A stretch of DNA of 63,026 nucleotides, filler included, from Stramenopiles sp. TOSAG23-2 (GCA_900128395.1; 9 parts of 9 records of this genome joined end to end with filler, not necessarily neighbours in it), one strand, 5' to 3'; numbered from the whole stretch's first letter, positions 31,710 through 43,694 are shown. The notes: a model not told the origin generated them from the sequence alone. A program made the numbers and translations.

Positions 31710-34700
31710 TTAATCGATGTACACACTACCACTACGTTTAACACGAATTCTTTTAGAGCTACTGTTACCGTTGTTTCCATCATTACTTCTACCACTATCA
31801 CTAATACGAGGAGTATTATTACTATTACTATTCATCGTTGAACTATTATACGATGAGGATAATGATTTATTTACATCATATGGAATAGGCGAGGAACTTT
31901 TACTACGATTTGATAAAATAGAACGAATCTTTTCTACACTATTTATTTGTTGCGATTGATTCGATTTTAATTGAGAACGTAGCTTGTCATTTTCCAACAC
32001 TAGCTTATCTTGTTCTTGTTTCATCATTGCAATATGTTTATTTGTATCTTGCATAATTTCCCAAAATGACGATCTTTCCAATTCTAACGTATTTTGCAAT
32101 TCAAGCACTTCTTCCCCATTCATACCAATGCCAGCGATACCATTATTCACTGCCATCATGTTACTGCTTAAACGCTTAGCCCATTCCGCACGTTGCTTTG
32201 CAAAGCCTTTGATAAGTTGCTCACGCTCTAATGTAAATAATTCAATTGCTTTACGCAATTCAATAAGCTCCTCATATTCATTACTAGTAAACATAGTTGG
32301 AATATCTTTGATAACAACATCATTCTTTCCTTCCGCGGTTTCCTGTGCTTCGTATTTCATTTTTAATCTATTAATTTCTTGTTTTGCCATCATTAATTCC
32401 TCTCGTTCATCACTTATTAATAAATTTTTGACCTCTTCTTCCAATTGATGAACATTCGATTGTATGCTTGCTTTTTTCTCAGCTTTAACTAGTTTCACTT
32501 TTAATACTTCAATCTCCTCTTGTAACGAGGATGTTGAATCATATTTATTACGATTTATTTCCTCTTCATATTTTCTACTTTTAATTGCTTCTTGAGTGCT
32601 TTCATATTTTTTCTCCAAACCAACCAATTCTTTATTTAAACGTTTCACTGTTTCTCGTAATGATTCTAATTCTGCCTGCTCCTCCATTCGAGTTGGTGAA
32701 TAGCGTTGTTCATCATCATCATCTACTTCAGTCTTTTTCATCTCATCAGAACGTTTAAAATGATTCATCATAGCATCTGTCAATGTCGACCTAGCTTCAT
32801 CCATCATACTTGCATCATGTTGTGGAGATGTCCATGTAGCAACTGATGATGATGATAACCCATTAGCAGCATGATGTGGTATAGGTTGGGAGAAAGATGC
32901 AAAATTACTGTTACCCTTTCTAAGTGCAACTTTTAATTCTTTCGCCAATTTTTCATTTAAACTGACTTGTTCCATCAATGTCAATTCTAGTAATTCGGTT
33001 TCATTTGCACTTACAGTATCAACCGCTTTCATTTTTTCTTCATATTCTTTCCTCAAAGTATCCTCTCGCAATTTTGCTTTGGTATTGGCTTGCCTTAAAC
33101 CATCTACAGTTATATCTAATCGTTCTTGCAACCATTTTGACAATTCTTGATAATCGATGTTTTCATTTGAAGATGGATTCAATATCACTTTCTTTGCTCG
33201 CGTACCAAATAACAAAGAATTAACAGTTTCCGGGCAATGTTTATCCTCCGGTGCAATATTTACAATTAACGATACACAACTATTTACACTTAATGCTTCG
33301 CATAGTAAATGTGTCAATTTACTATCTCTCCAAGGAACAAAACTTTTCGCATTTCGATTCGGTTGAGATAAAGATGCAATGGTATTTCCCAAGGAACATA
33401 ATGATTTATTAATACTTTTTGCTTCTTTCAATTGTATGCCAGTTGGATGCGTCTTTGATGCACGTTCGGAACCTGCTAAATCAACACACGTTAATTTACC
33501 AGTTAAAACTTTACCATTTGTTCTTCTTTTGCTGCTACTGTTGCTTGAATGTATAACTTCACTCTTTTCCACTAACACTTGAAATATTGCATGACTACGA
33601 CTGCTAGATTCATTCATCGATGTTGATGCAACAATTTTATTACGTGTACCTGCGTACAATAATTCTAAAATGCTATGTGCTGAAGTGACTCGATGTACGG
33701 ATAAACCAGCAACATATGGTACACCATGATGTTCCCGAATTTTCAATGTTGGATGCTTTTGATTATATTTACGTTGATAATTTGTTGGAGTGGATAGATT
33801 GTTATTTCTATTATTATTATTATTCTTATTATTGTTTCGTTTGCTTTTATTTGTAGTATGATCCTCCATGCTATTATGCGTACTCATACTCATATTCATA
33901 TTTTTTTTACGTCTATTTCTACTTTTATTATTAGGAGTTTGATTTCTATTGCTACCTGTACTATGATTGTTACTTCTATTTGATATATCATTATTATTAT
34001 TTATTAAATCATATATTTGATCTAAATATATTTGCATATATGTGACATAGACTTTATATTCATATTTTCCTTTATCTTGCTCTATCCTTTCAAAAATATC
34101 ATGTGCTGCACGTGGAATGACTCCTAATTCACTAGCATTTTCTGCAGTGACAGTTGTCGCATCCATACTTGGTCCAAATACAGTATACGTCTTACCAGCA
34201 CCAGTCTGCCCATAAGCTATGACACATGCATTTACACCTGACATGACATTATCAACCAATGGACTTGCAATCGTACGATAGACATGTGCTTGATTAGCAT
34301 GTGGTGCAAATACATGATCAAATGTATATTTTTTTTCTGGAGCACCATTCATTTTTTGTCTTTTCGTTTGTACAATTACAGATGGTATTTTATCCGCTTG
34401 TTTCTTCTTCTCTGCCTCTCTTTTTGCTTTTTTAATTTCTGTTGCTAATAGTTGACTTTTTTCTAAATCTAATATACTCATTTCCCCAGATTCAGTTTCG
34501 TATAATATTTCATCCAATTCCAAATTGTTGTTGTTATTTGAACTATCCATATCATCATCATCATCATCGATGTTAAATTGTAAGGTTGGATTTATTATAC
34601 GAGTGCATTGGGTTGATGCAGCACCATAAATATTTGGTCTCATTCTTACTGAAACAATTACACGATCAAGACGTGTTGCTGCCCATTCATCTGGATATTT

Positions 34701-34985
34701 ACTATTTAAATGTTTTTGTTTCGCTTTAATACGTTCAGCTTCTGGTATTGTATACATTCCAAAATATGTACCATTTTCAATTTCAGCAGGTGAGGAACGT
34801 TTTGATATATTGTTGTTATTTCCTGGAGTTACTGTTCCGTTGTCATTATTATAAGTATCAGTTGGTGAAGTTGGTGATTGTAATTGTGGTGTTAAAAATT
34901 CCATGACGATTTTGTAATTTTGTTTTTTGTTCAATATTTTAATATCCAAAACAAAATATAATAATGCTATATTATAAAAAAACAA
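31710..34985 (-). CDS. Kinesin motor protein with C-terminal coiled coil (likely start 34904)
   Basis: YTFDHVF, AYGQTGAGKT, NESSSRSH, VDLAGSE, INKSL, PWRDSKLT. Confidence 0.95.
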   Translation of the reverse strand: MFFYNIALLYFVLDIKILNKKQNYKIVMEFLTPQLQSPTSPTDTYNNDNGTVTPGNNNNISKRSSPAEIENGTYFGMYTIPEAERIKAKQKHLNSKYPDEWAATRLDRVIVSVRMRPNIYGAASTQCTRIINPTLQFNIDDDDDDMDSSNNNNNLELDEILYETESGEMSILDLEKSQLLATEIKKAKREAEKKKQADKIPSVIVQTKRQKMNGAPEKKYTFDHVFAPHANQAHVYRTIASPLVDNVMSGVNACVIAYGQTGAGKTYTVFGPSMDATTVTAENASELGVIPRAAHDIFERIEQDKGKYEYKVYVTYMQIYLDQIYDLINNNNDISNRSNNHSTGSNRNQTPNNKSRNRRKKNMNMSMSTHNSMEDHTTNKSKRNNNKNNNNNRNNNLSTPTNYQRKYNQKHPTLKIREHHGVPYVAGLSVHRVTSAHSILELLYAGTRNKIVASTSMNESSSRSHAIFQVLVEKSEVIHSSNSSSKRRTNGKVLTGKLTCVDLAGSERASKTHPTGIQLKEAKSINKSLCSLGNTIASLSQPNRNAKSFVPWRDSKLTHLLCEALSVNSCVSLIVNIAPEDKHCPETVNSLLFGTRAKKVILNPSSNENIDYQELSKWLQERLDITVDGLRQANTKAKLREDTLRKEYEEKMKAVDTVSANETELLELTLMEQVSLNEKLAKELKVALRKGNSNFASFSQPIPHHAANGLSSSSVATWTSPQHDASMMDEARSTLTDAMMNHFKRSDEMKKTEVDDDDEQRYSPTRMEEQAELESLRETVKRLNKELVGLEKKYESTQEAIKSRKYEEEINRNKYDSTSSLQEEIEVLKVKLVKAEKKASIQSNVHQLEEEVKNLLISDEREELMMAKQEINRLKMKYEAQETAEGKNDVVIKDIPTMFTSNEYEELIELRKAIELFTLEREQLIKGFAKQRAEWAKRLSSNMMAVNNGIAGIGMNGEEVLELQNTLELERSSFWEIMQDTNKHIAMMKQEQDKLVLENDKLRSQLKSNQSQQINSVEKIRSILSNRSKSSSPIPYDVNKSLSSSYNSSTMNSNSNNTPRISDSGRSNDGNNGNSSSKRIRVKRSGSVYID

Positions 34986-35240
34986 AAAAAAAAAATAAAT
35001 AAAAAAGCTTATACTTTTGTCAATTTTNNNNNNNNNNNNNNNNNNNNNNNNNNNNNNNNNNNNNNNNNNNNTTAATTAATTAANNNNNNNNNNNNNNNNN
35101 NNNNNNNNNNNNNNNNNNNNNNNNNNNATATATAACAAAATAAAGAAAATATTTCGTTCACATTCGATTATACTCCTTATAAATATATCAATAACAATTA
35201 ATAAAACGCAAACAAAAATTAATTACACCACATATATAAT

Positions 35241-36146
35241 ATGACTGAAATAGATACATCGACATTTTTAAATCAATGGACTACGCAAAAAGTTAGCTAC
35301 TTAACAAGAGATTTACTAACTTACGCAGTAGGTATTGGTTGCACAGATCTTAACTTTGTATATGAAAATAACAAAGGTTTTGAAGCTTTCCCAACTTATC
35401 CTATTGTATTGTCATTTAAAGGCACAGATCAAGATGTTGTTACGTTTCCATCTAAAGCAATGGCAGAAGGACCAAAGATGCCACCACTTCCTGGTGTTGT
35501 TGCTGGTTTAGATGGTGAGCGATACATTGAAAAAGTCAATGAAATGCCACCGAAAGGAGCGAAGTTAATTCTCAAACAAAGACTAGCAGGTGTGCAAAAA
35601 CGTGGTTCCGGGGCAACGGTTCAGCAAGAAGCCATTCTTGAAGGGGAAGATGGCACGGTCTATTATAGAATGACTGGAGGAACATTTCTGGTTGGTGCCA
35701 AAAAAGGCTTTTCCGATAGTGGAGAGAATTTTGCGAAAAAAATTAACGCTCCAGAAAGAAAACCAGACTTAGTAGAAGAAATGTTGGTGCCAGCAAATCA
35801 AGCACAAATTTATCGATTGAGTGGTGATTATAATCCATTGCATGTAGATCCAGCTGCAGCAAAAATGATGGGTTTCCCAGATGGTCCCATTCTTCATGGT
35901 CTTTGTAGTTTAGGTTTCACAGCAAGAGCATTTGTGAAAAACTTTTGTGGGAATACTGGAAAAAATTTTAAAGCCCTCGGGCTCAGATTCGCTTCACCTG
36001 TTATGCCAGGTCAAACCTTACAAGTAAATTTCTGGAAGGATAAACCAGGACGTGTAATCATTCAAACAAAAGTAAAAGAAACGGGGAAAGTTGTTATTTC
36101 AAATGCAGAAGGTTATTACCACGGTAATAATTATTCCAAGCTTTAA
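35241..36146 (+). CDS. Peroxisomal enoyl-CoA hydratase 2 (double hot-dog/MaoC)
   Basis: YRLSGDYNPLHVDP, PILHGLCSLG, C-terminal SKL (PTS1). Confidence 0.93.
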   Translation: MTEIDTSTFLNQWTTQKVSYLTRDLLTYAVGIGCTDLNFVYENNKGFEAFPTYPIVLSFKGTDQDVVTFPSKAMAEGPKMPPLPGVVAGLDGERYIEKVNEMPPKGAKLILKQRLAGVQKRGSGATVQQEAILEGEDGTVYYRMTGGTFLVGAKKGFSDSGENFAKKINAPERKPDLVEEMLVPANQAQIYRLSGDYNPLHVDPAAAKMMGFPDGPILHGLCSLGFTARAFVKNFCGNTGKNFKALGLRFASPVMPGQTLQVNFWKDKPGRVIIQTKVKETGKVVISNAEGYYHGNNYSKL

Positions 36147-36286
36147 TAAGGAGAGATACTAGAAGATTGAGACATGCAAAAGTAAAAGAAACGGGGAAAG
36201 TTGTTATTTCAAATGCAGAAGGTTATTACCATGGTAATAGTTATTCCAAGCTTTAATAAGGAGAGATACTAGAGGATTGAGACATG
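36067..36286 (+). repeat. 110-bp tandem duplication of the hydratase 3' end (3 mismatches)
   Basis: 36067-36176 vs 36177-36286. Confidence 0.9.
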
Positions 36287-36599
36287 ATTTTGTGTGATCC
36301 AAATGTTTTTTTGAAAGATATTTTTTTGATTTATATTTCGTGCATGCAAATAGATTTATGATATCTATCATATCTATACATACCAGTGATAGAAATTAAA
36401 TTACCTGGTATTTCATATATATATATACCCCTCCGCGATAGCATTTTTAATTACGTCGTACACATATCATTAAAATGATAAGTCTTTTCTCTCTCTCTCT
36501 CTCTTTTTTTTTTATATACACATACGAAGTATATTATATACGAATATATAATACGCACACATAATATTATAATATACATCATCCTTCATACTCCATGTC

Positions 36600-39500
36600 C
36601 TACACCAATCGGATTCTTTTCCCACCTTTCGAGAAGTGTACATTATTTTGTGGGCTTCTGGTTGGACTACTAAGTGAAACTGTTGGGGAGCAAACAAATG
36701 TTCTTCCAGACCGTCTGGATCTCCCACGTTTACGACTTGTATCCCCATTCATAGCGCCACTAATAGCACTACCACTGCTACTGCTTCCATCCACTCTCAT
36801 AAATGATGTATCAACAACTAAATCTTTTTTCCATCTTTCATCAAATGTCGGATTTTTTTCAGCCATCGCTTTAACATGTGCAACCACACATTTTGGTAAT
36901 GAGCCTTGTGGTTTGCAATCATACCCACCCTCTAATACGCTTACAACTCGACCTTGACAAGCCATGTTTTCCCCTTCTGCTAATTTTACTACATGGTACG
37001 TTAATTCGCGGAAGTCTTTAGCAATAAGTCCTAAATGCCCACCCAAAGGATCGTCTTTATGGCCATCAAAACCAGCAGAAATCATAATCAATTCAGGATT
37101 AAATTTCTTTAATGCTGGCAATACTGTCCTTAAAAATGCTGTTGAAAATCGAGTTCTTCCTTTATTTCCTTTTCCACCTTCAATACTAATACAAATATTA
37201 TTATTGACAGTATCAATCTCATTTACACCTGGTAAATTAGCACCGAAGAAAATGTTACCTTCCCCATCTCCAGTCATGTGGACGGACATGAAAAGCGTAT
37301 CTTTATCGTTACGAAAGATTTCATATGTTCCATTACCAAAATGTACATCAAAATCAATAATGGCGATTTTTTTACAATCATGGTCAACTCTAGCTTTCAT
37401 TGCACCAATACCAACATTGTTCATTAAACAAAAACCATGAGAGCAACATCCAACTGTTCGCCCAAAGCGACCAACGTGGTGCCCAGGTGGTCTAACTAAA
37501 CAAAATGCATTACGTAATGTGCGTGTTTCTTTAGGACGCATTACATCGTCAACGGCTTTACAAACGACGCCAGCCGCATGCAAACATGCTATGTGCGAAC
37601 CACTTGATAAAAAGGTATCCTCTGTACCCTCTAATGGGTTTTGTAGCTCCATGGCTTGAGCAATCAAATCAACCTCATTCTCATCTTGTTCATCGTCCGC
37701 ATCCCCGTTTTCATTGTCATAACCATTATCCGTCCATGAAGTAGAACTTTTACGTTTTTTTTTCTTATTTTTAGTAGTATTACTCGTAGTGCTATTTATG
37801 CTACTGCTACTAACACTGCGTTTGCGAGATTTTGTAAATTGCTTCTGATTTAAAGGGATATCGCGATAGCGTGATGGAATTTTCTTACGTCTTCTGCTAC
37901 TTCTACCACTTTTATCACCGTTGTCGTCATCATCGTTTTCATCTTTCCTCCAAACATCTACTGAAACATCTAAATAGGAGCTAAGTTTGCTACTTCGAAC
38001 GCCGTCGATATCTTGAACAAACTTTATTTTATACTCTGTATCGGAAACATTTCTAACAATGACTGCAGGAAGCCACGCAACAGTATTTTCATCAATTCTA
38101 CACAATTTTTGAATATAACGACCCTTCTTCATACCACTTAACTTCCCTCCAAGTAATAACCAATATTCTAAACCACCTGATAGAGACGTAACAGTATTAT
38201 CTTCGTCATTCAAGACGAAATTATTTGCTGGTGTTATTACATTAGAATATTCTTCTTCCATTGATGAAAAACTAATAGTACTATTGGTTCTTCCACGAGC
38301 ATCTTGATTATCATGAGTGTCTTCATATATATTTGCCATCTTACTTTTCTGACCATGCGCACCACTGCCACTATCATTACTATAACTACCACTGGTACTT
38401 ACAGTAGTCCCGGCAGATGACGAAGAAATATTTAACTCATTTTGATTATTATGTTTTTCATCATCAGAAATATTCATTGGTTCCACTGTGGCACTAATAT
38501 CATTACTAATTTCAAGCAAAGATTGTGCCACATTGTCAGTGACAGACACAGTTGCAGTGGTAGTAGTAGTAGTATTTGTTGTTGTTATGGTGGTGGTGGT
38601 GGTCTCTTCTATTGGGTTTGCGGTGACTATTGGTGCTGCTAATTCTGATTTCATCTCGGACTTGGCTCCACTTACAGCTTGGTTCCTATTTTTATCACGT
38701 CTCTTTTTTTCCTCCGCAATATACACTTTAAACTTGTCTCGATAGACAGAAAGTTTAACATTGTTAATACGTACAGCTGAAAAGCCATTTATTGTTCTTA
38801 AATTTGGATTGACCTTCTTGGCAATATACAATGCAAAGCCGGATGGCGTTTCCCAGGATTCACCGTCCACTTCAAAAGTACCTTTTGCAGTTATTTTACC
38901 ACCTGTTCTATGTGCCTGATGGTATAACACTGTTACAGGCTGTGGCTTCAAAAATCCATGTTTCATCATGTTACGCAAGCTTAAATCGCTTGCAATTGCC
39001 GTTCTTGAACGTGGGAAACGAGAAACGGATCCCCCGTTGCTATTAATGCTACTAACTTGTAACAAAACGTGGTTACTATTCCCATCAGCCGACCTGAGAC
39101 TGTTGATTCTTGCATCTAATAAGCTATTGACATCATTTTCTAACACTTGGTCCGTTTTTGCCTTGCTGTTTAATTCATTAATCTTTTGCGCATTTGCTTT
39201 CAAATACATTTTCCTCAACTGATCTAAACTATAATCACCTTGGAATATTGCCATATAACCGCTTATTGTAGTTATATCCGGATTTGCAAGTTTTCGTATA
39301 AAATGCAATGCAAAACCAGACGGAGTCTCAAAACTGTTATTGCCACATGAAAATGAACTATCTTCATGAACCTTGCCTTTTTTGACTAGTTTACCGCGAT
39401 ACATGATTTTAATAGGGCCAGCCTTAATAATACCTAATTGAAGCATATCTGCAATACCCAATGATGCTGTCCGCCGGTTCGTTGTTTTTTCTTTAGAACT

Positions 39501-41714
39501 TTTTGGTATACTATTCATAAAATCAAGATTGTGGGTTTGTCTCCTTCTGTAATACCGCTTTCCTGTGAGTGGATTAATATTGCTTTTTCGTGAAGTATCG
39601 CCAAGATTTGCGTCATTAATAGCAATCGATGGTTTAGGTTGATGGATGCTTAAATGTTCATTATTCATACCGCCGTCATTGCTTACAGAATTATTTTCAC
39701 TTGCATCTTCATCATTCTTTTTATCTACTATTTTCCATATACCATTCGCTTTCTCTTCATCTTCAGCAGTCAGCAACGATGTGCTTAGATCAAAAGTGAT
39801 AAATTCATCATCCGACGCTTCCATAGGATTAATATTACTATCATTTTCTTTCTCCTCAACGGTTTCTTTTTCTAATTCATTATTTTTTGTTTCAACTATT
39901 GGTGCTGTTATTGTTTTTTGCTTCTTCTGCTCAGGGCTACAGTCGTGACCATAGTCGTATGAGTGGCATGATAATGCGCTTTCGGAAACATCATGAATTC
40001 GCTTAATATATGATCCTGCATGAACCAATCGTAAAATTCTAGCACTTGGTAAATGTGCCGTATGTAACAAATCAATTTCTTCAATTTTGAAAACAATACT
40101 CTGGCCATTTCTATTAGTATTTTGATTTTCTTTCAATAATTTTAAACAATTTATAACCCGTTTCGTTTGTTCCACGTGGTGATCTGCATGTAAATATACA
40201 CCACGATGATAATATACAACGGTATTTAAAACATTGTAATTGATACAGAAAGGGGCAGTTACAACCGTTAATGACGAAGATGAGGCTGGGATGGTTGTTG
40301 CAAGGCTGCTGCCACTTGCAAAAACCGAACTATCTATGGATTTAATCGTTTCCATAATTATACTAGGAGCTGTCGTTTCCTCACCTTCTTCCCCCCAAAC
40401 TTGACAAAGTAATTCTATAGCATATTTAATAGCAAATATGTTTAAATGTTCCCCACGTGCTTTTACCTCTTGAACAAATGCTTGAATTCGTCTCATCATT
40501 TGTGTCAACGTGCCATCCTTTTCATTGCAAATACCTTCATCTAAATATTTTTTCGCTTCTTCGCTATATTGCTCTAATGCTTTTGCAAGTTGTATTTTTC
40601 GATTTGCTTCATCAATTTTACTATTACAATAATTCAAACCATCCGTTAATTGGATACCAAATCGTAAAACTCGTTTTTCCAACACAGCTAATTCTTCTTT
40701 TTCCTCTTTAACAGTTACTTCTAATTGACTTTCCCGTTCTTTCGCTAGTTCAAGATCTTTTTTTGCTTTTTCTAATGCTTCTTCTGCAAATTTACGTTTT
40801 GCCTTTGCATCTACTAATTCCTGTTCTTTTCCTTCCATGCCATTTTGAAGTGTATCTAAACGTTTTTTGTCCCCTTCGACTGTATGGCCAGCTTCTTTTT
40901 CAACATCGAATTGCTCTGTAATTTTATCTTTCAATAATTTAATGTCTTTAATATTTTCACTAACGGCTTCTTGCATACGATCGCTGAAATGCAACGCTGC
41001 ATCTGTTGCTTTTTTATGCTGTTCAATGGTATCCGCAAAATCAGTAAGCCAGATTACAGGATCTTGTGGCAACTTTTTTTGTAGTTTCTTTGTATCTTTA
41101 AAATCAATGTAAGTTGTGGTTCTAGTGCTTGCTACAGGAACTTCAGACGGTTTGGCAACAGTATTATTATTAGCATCAGCAGTCGAGACGGTTGTTGTTG
41201 TTGTTGTTGTTGACGACGATGATAAAGTTGAATTGTTTATGCTATTGTTGGTGGATAATTGAAACGCACTAATACTACTACCATCACTAGACGTCGCAGT
41301 GCCATCAGCGTTCATGATGTTGTTATTGTTGTTATTATTAATAGTAATTGTTTTTCCCACTGCTGACGGTATATAAAATGCATCACACATGTTTCTCAAA
41401 ATTTCCTTCTTTTTAGTAAAGACGTCTTTTGCACCGTTGATTTCAACGGATGCGGTGGATATGGACGACGGGGATGTAGAGGAGGACGATGATGGTTCGA
41501 CGCTTTTTGCAGTCTTCTTTTTCTTCAACTTCCCCCCCTTCTTCTTCTTTTTCCCATCAGAACGCCAGTTTGCAAATGTGGTCAATTTTTCAAAATGTTT
41601 AAGTTGCTCTTGTCGCTTAGGCATTTTCAACTTTTGGATCCTACCTTCAAAAGACATTTGATCTGCGGACTCTTTAACATTCAAAAAATCCAACTGTTCT
41701 GGTTGAATATCCAT
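36600..41714 (-). CDS. Class II-like histone deacetylase with N-terminal coiled coil and inserted tandem RAMA-like and Tudor/Agenet-like domains
   Basis: RPPGHH, GFCLMNN, DFDVHFGNGT, SAGFDGH, LEGGY; two copies of LxxMxxxGxI/L...(F/W)ETPSGFA...NP...I(S/N)G(Y/F)xA...L. Confidence 0.9.
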   Translation of the reverse strand: MDIQPEQLDFLNVKESADQMSFEGRIQKLKMPKRQEQLKHFEKLTTFANWRSDGKKKKKGGKLKKKKTAKSVEPSSSSSTSPSSISTASVEINGAKDVFTKKKEILRNMCDAFYIPSAVGKTITINNNNNNNIMNADGTATSSDGSSISAFQLSTNNSINNSTLSSSSTTTTTTTVSTADANNNTVAKPSEVPVASTRTTTYIDFKDTKKLQKKLPQDPVIWLTDFADTIEQHKKATDAALHFSDRMQEAVSENIKDIKLLKDKITEQFDVEKEAGHTVEGDKKRLDTLQNGMEGKEQELVDAKAKRKFAEEALEKAKKDLELAKERESQLEVTVKEEKEELAVLEKRVLRFGIQLTDGLNYCNSKIDEANRKIQLAKALEQYSEEAKKYLDEGICNEKDGTLTQMMRRIQAFVQEVKARGEHLNIFAIKYAIELLCQVWGEEGEETTAPSIIMETIKSIDSSVFASGSSLATTIPASSSSLTVVTAPFCINYNVLNTVVYYHRGVYLHADHHVEQTKRVINCLKLLKENQNTNRNGQSIVFKIEEIDLLHTAHLPSARILRLVHAGSYIKRIHDVSESALSCHSYDYGHDCSPEQKKQKTITAPIVETKNNELEKETVEEKENDSNINPMEASDDEFITFDLSTSLLTAEDEEKANGIWKIVDKKNDEDASENNSVSNDGGMNNEHLSIHQPKPSIAINDANLGDTSRKSNINPLTGKRYYRRRQTHNLDFMNSIPKSSKEKTTNRRTASLGIADMLQLGIIKAGPIKIMYRGKLVKKGKVHEDSSFSCGNNSFETPSGFALHFIRKLANPDITTISGYMAIFQGDYSLDQLRKMYLKANAQKINELNSKAKTDQVLENDVNSLLDARINSLRSADGNSNHVLLQVSSINSNGGSVSRFPRSRTAIASDLSLRNMMKHGFLKPQPVTVLYHQAHRTGGKITAKGTFEVDGESWETPSGFALYIAKKVNPNLRTINGFSAVRINNVKLSVYRDKFKVYIAEEKKRRDKNRNQAVSGAKSEMKSELAAPIVTANPIEETTTTTITTTNTTTTTTATVSVTDNVAQSLLEISNDISATVEPMNISDDEKHNNQNELNISSSSAGTTVSTSGSYSNDSGSGAHGQKSKMANIYEDTHDNQDARGRTNSTISFSSMEEEYSNVITPANNFVLNDEDNTVTSLSGGLEYWLLLGGKLSGMKKGRYIQKLCRIDENTVAWLPAVIVRNVSDTEYKIKFVQDIDGVRSSKLSSYLDVSVDVWRKDENDDDDNGDKSGRSSRRRKKIPSRYRDIPLNQKQFTKSRKRSVSSSSINSTTSNTTKNKKKKRKSSTSWTDNGYDNENGDADDEQDENEVDLIAQAMELQNPLEGTEDTFLSSGSHIACLHAAGVVCKAVDDVMRPKETRTLRNAFCLVRPPGHHVGRFGRTVGCCSHGFCLMNNVGIGAMKARVDHDCKKIAIIDFDVHFGNGTYEIFRNDKDTLFMSVHMTGDGEGNIFFGANLPGVNEIDTVNNNICISIEGGKGNKGRTRFSTAFLRTVLPALKKFNPELIMISAGFDGHKDDPLGGHLGLIAKDFRELTYHVVKLAEGENMACQGRVVSVLEGGYDCKPQGSLPKCVVAHVKAMAEKNPTFDERWKKDLVVDTSFMRVDGSSSSGSAISGAMNGDTSRKRGRSRRSGRTFVCSPTVSLSSPTRSPQNNVHFSKGGKRIRLV

Positions 41715-42322
41715 ATTTTGTACTTTAAAATGTGTAATGTGACAATCAAATGGCTATTTTTTACTGCTTTTTTTCAAATTTGCAGTTAGTAATGAAATCA
41801 GTAAATGCTGTTGAATACAAACTTGTTAACTATCAAGCGAATATAGATAAAAAATGATACAACAGTTAAATGCTATGTTATTTTGTATGATATATATATA
41901 TTGTATATATGTTATTATCTTTCATATGATGAAAATCAAAAATAATTTTCTTTTTACAATATTACTGGTACATAAGGGAAGATAGTATCTACATATATAT
42001 TTTGATCTTATATTGAGTGTGTGTATTTTTTCGTTAGGANNNNNNNNNNNNNNNNNNNNNNNNNNNNNNNNNNNNNNNNNNNNTTAATTAATTAANNNNN
42101 NNNNNNNNNNNNNNNNNNNNNNNNNNNNNNNNNNNNNNNGAACAAATAAATATTTTTGTTTGTTAGTTTTAGAGGGGGAATAAATGTGGACACATCGAAA
42201 ATATATATATTCTATACAGACACGAAGACCGACAATACATCAAGATAGAAAATATAGCACGTCATACATATATATGTATAGAAAAGGGAAAGAGAATATA
42301 TACGATTATATAAAAGTGTACA

Positions 42323-42796
42323 ATGTCAATTAAAAAGATAGATGCAAATGCATCGTTTTTAATAGTTATAATAATAGTAATTTGTATGATAGTAGGAAAT
42401 GTAAAGGTAGATGCTGCATTATTACGTGGAAAAGCAGAACCTTTAATGAATAGACCAGGACAAATGATGGGTATACCATCTCCAGAAGGAAGTAATTTTT
42501 TTCATCCAGATGGATTACCAACATGGATGAGACCATCTGCATTGCCAGAAAAATTTCGCAGTCCATCCGTACCATCAGGTGGTGGTGCAATGGTTCCTGC
42601 ATCGATGCCAGTAGCACCAGCTATGGGAATTAACGGTGATGCATATCAAAACCCAGGACAATTACCAAGTGGTGTTCCATCAGCTGGACTTGGTGGTATG
42701 TACGGCAGTCCAGTTGGACATAATACAGCATTGGGTGCAGTCAGTACAGCAGTTGCACCAGGTTTACCAGGAGGAGCCGGTGTATCATTCAAGTAA
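42323..42796 (+). CDS. Secreted Gly/Pro-rich small protein
   Basis: 157 aa; hydrophobic signal peptide followed by low-complexity G/P/M/A sequence. Confidence 0.65.
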   Translation: MSIKKIDANASFLIVIIIVICMIVGNVKVDAALLRGKAEPLMNRPGQMMGIPSPEGSNFFHPDGLPTWMRPSALPEKFRSPSVPSGGGAMVPASMPVAPAMGINGDAYQNPGQLPSGVPSAGLGGMYGSPVGHNTALGAVSTAVAPGLPGGAGVSFK

Positions 42797-42987
42797 AATA
42801 TTTAATTTCTGTGATGTAATGAAAAAGAGAGAAAGTGTTTTCGTAAAAATTAAATTTAAAAAAAAATAGGTTGCACCAGGTTTACCAGGAGGAGCCGGTG
42901 TATCATTCAAGTAAAATATTTAATTTCTGTGATGTAATGAAAAAGAGAGAAAGTGTTTTCGTAAAAATTAAATTTAAAAAAAAATAG
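42752..42987 (+). repeat. Exact 118-bp tandem duplication
   Basis: 42752-42869 = 42870-42987. Confidence 0.9.
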
Positions 42988-43694
42988 GGAGGGTGGTAAA
43001 AAAGAAGCACATAAATCATTTGTTTTTCTATAAATTCTTTATATTTAAATTAATTCGTGTACGACGTAACATTTTTATTTTTTTTTAAATTATACACTGT
43101 TTCAATACAAGAGAGACACACACTCTCTCTACGAATGATATTTTATAGAAAAAAATTCCACACACATCAAATCTTAAAAATGTACATATTTGATTTTTTT
43201 ACAAATGCGTGTGATTTTAGATATCTTTCTTCTTCTTCCACATTTTTATCCTCTCTAATGCATGATTATATGCATCAAATGTACGTAATCGTTCTCGTGT
43301 ACTTGTTTCACCATGTATACCATTCAAGCCATATAATCCACTGTGTCCACATTTATTCCCCCTCTAAAACTAACAAACAAAAATATTTATTTGTTCGTTC
43401 ATCACTTTTCCTTCCAAAAATACCATACTGTATGTACTTAAACTGAACGTAGCCGTAGAAGGTGACGCCCTATCAAGGTTGGCACATGTGGTCATTGTTA
43501 GAGGCCGAAAGATATTGTAAGATTTGACTGATTGTGATGGCTGCATACTATTACAACTACTAGGTTTAAAAAATAAAACTGCCCGTAGCATTGAAATACC
43601 ATTAAGTATTTATTATTATTTCATTTATAGCATAATATATATATGTATGTACATATACCCGAAATGATAAAGACATAATGACATATATTCACAC

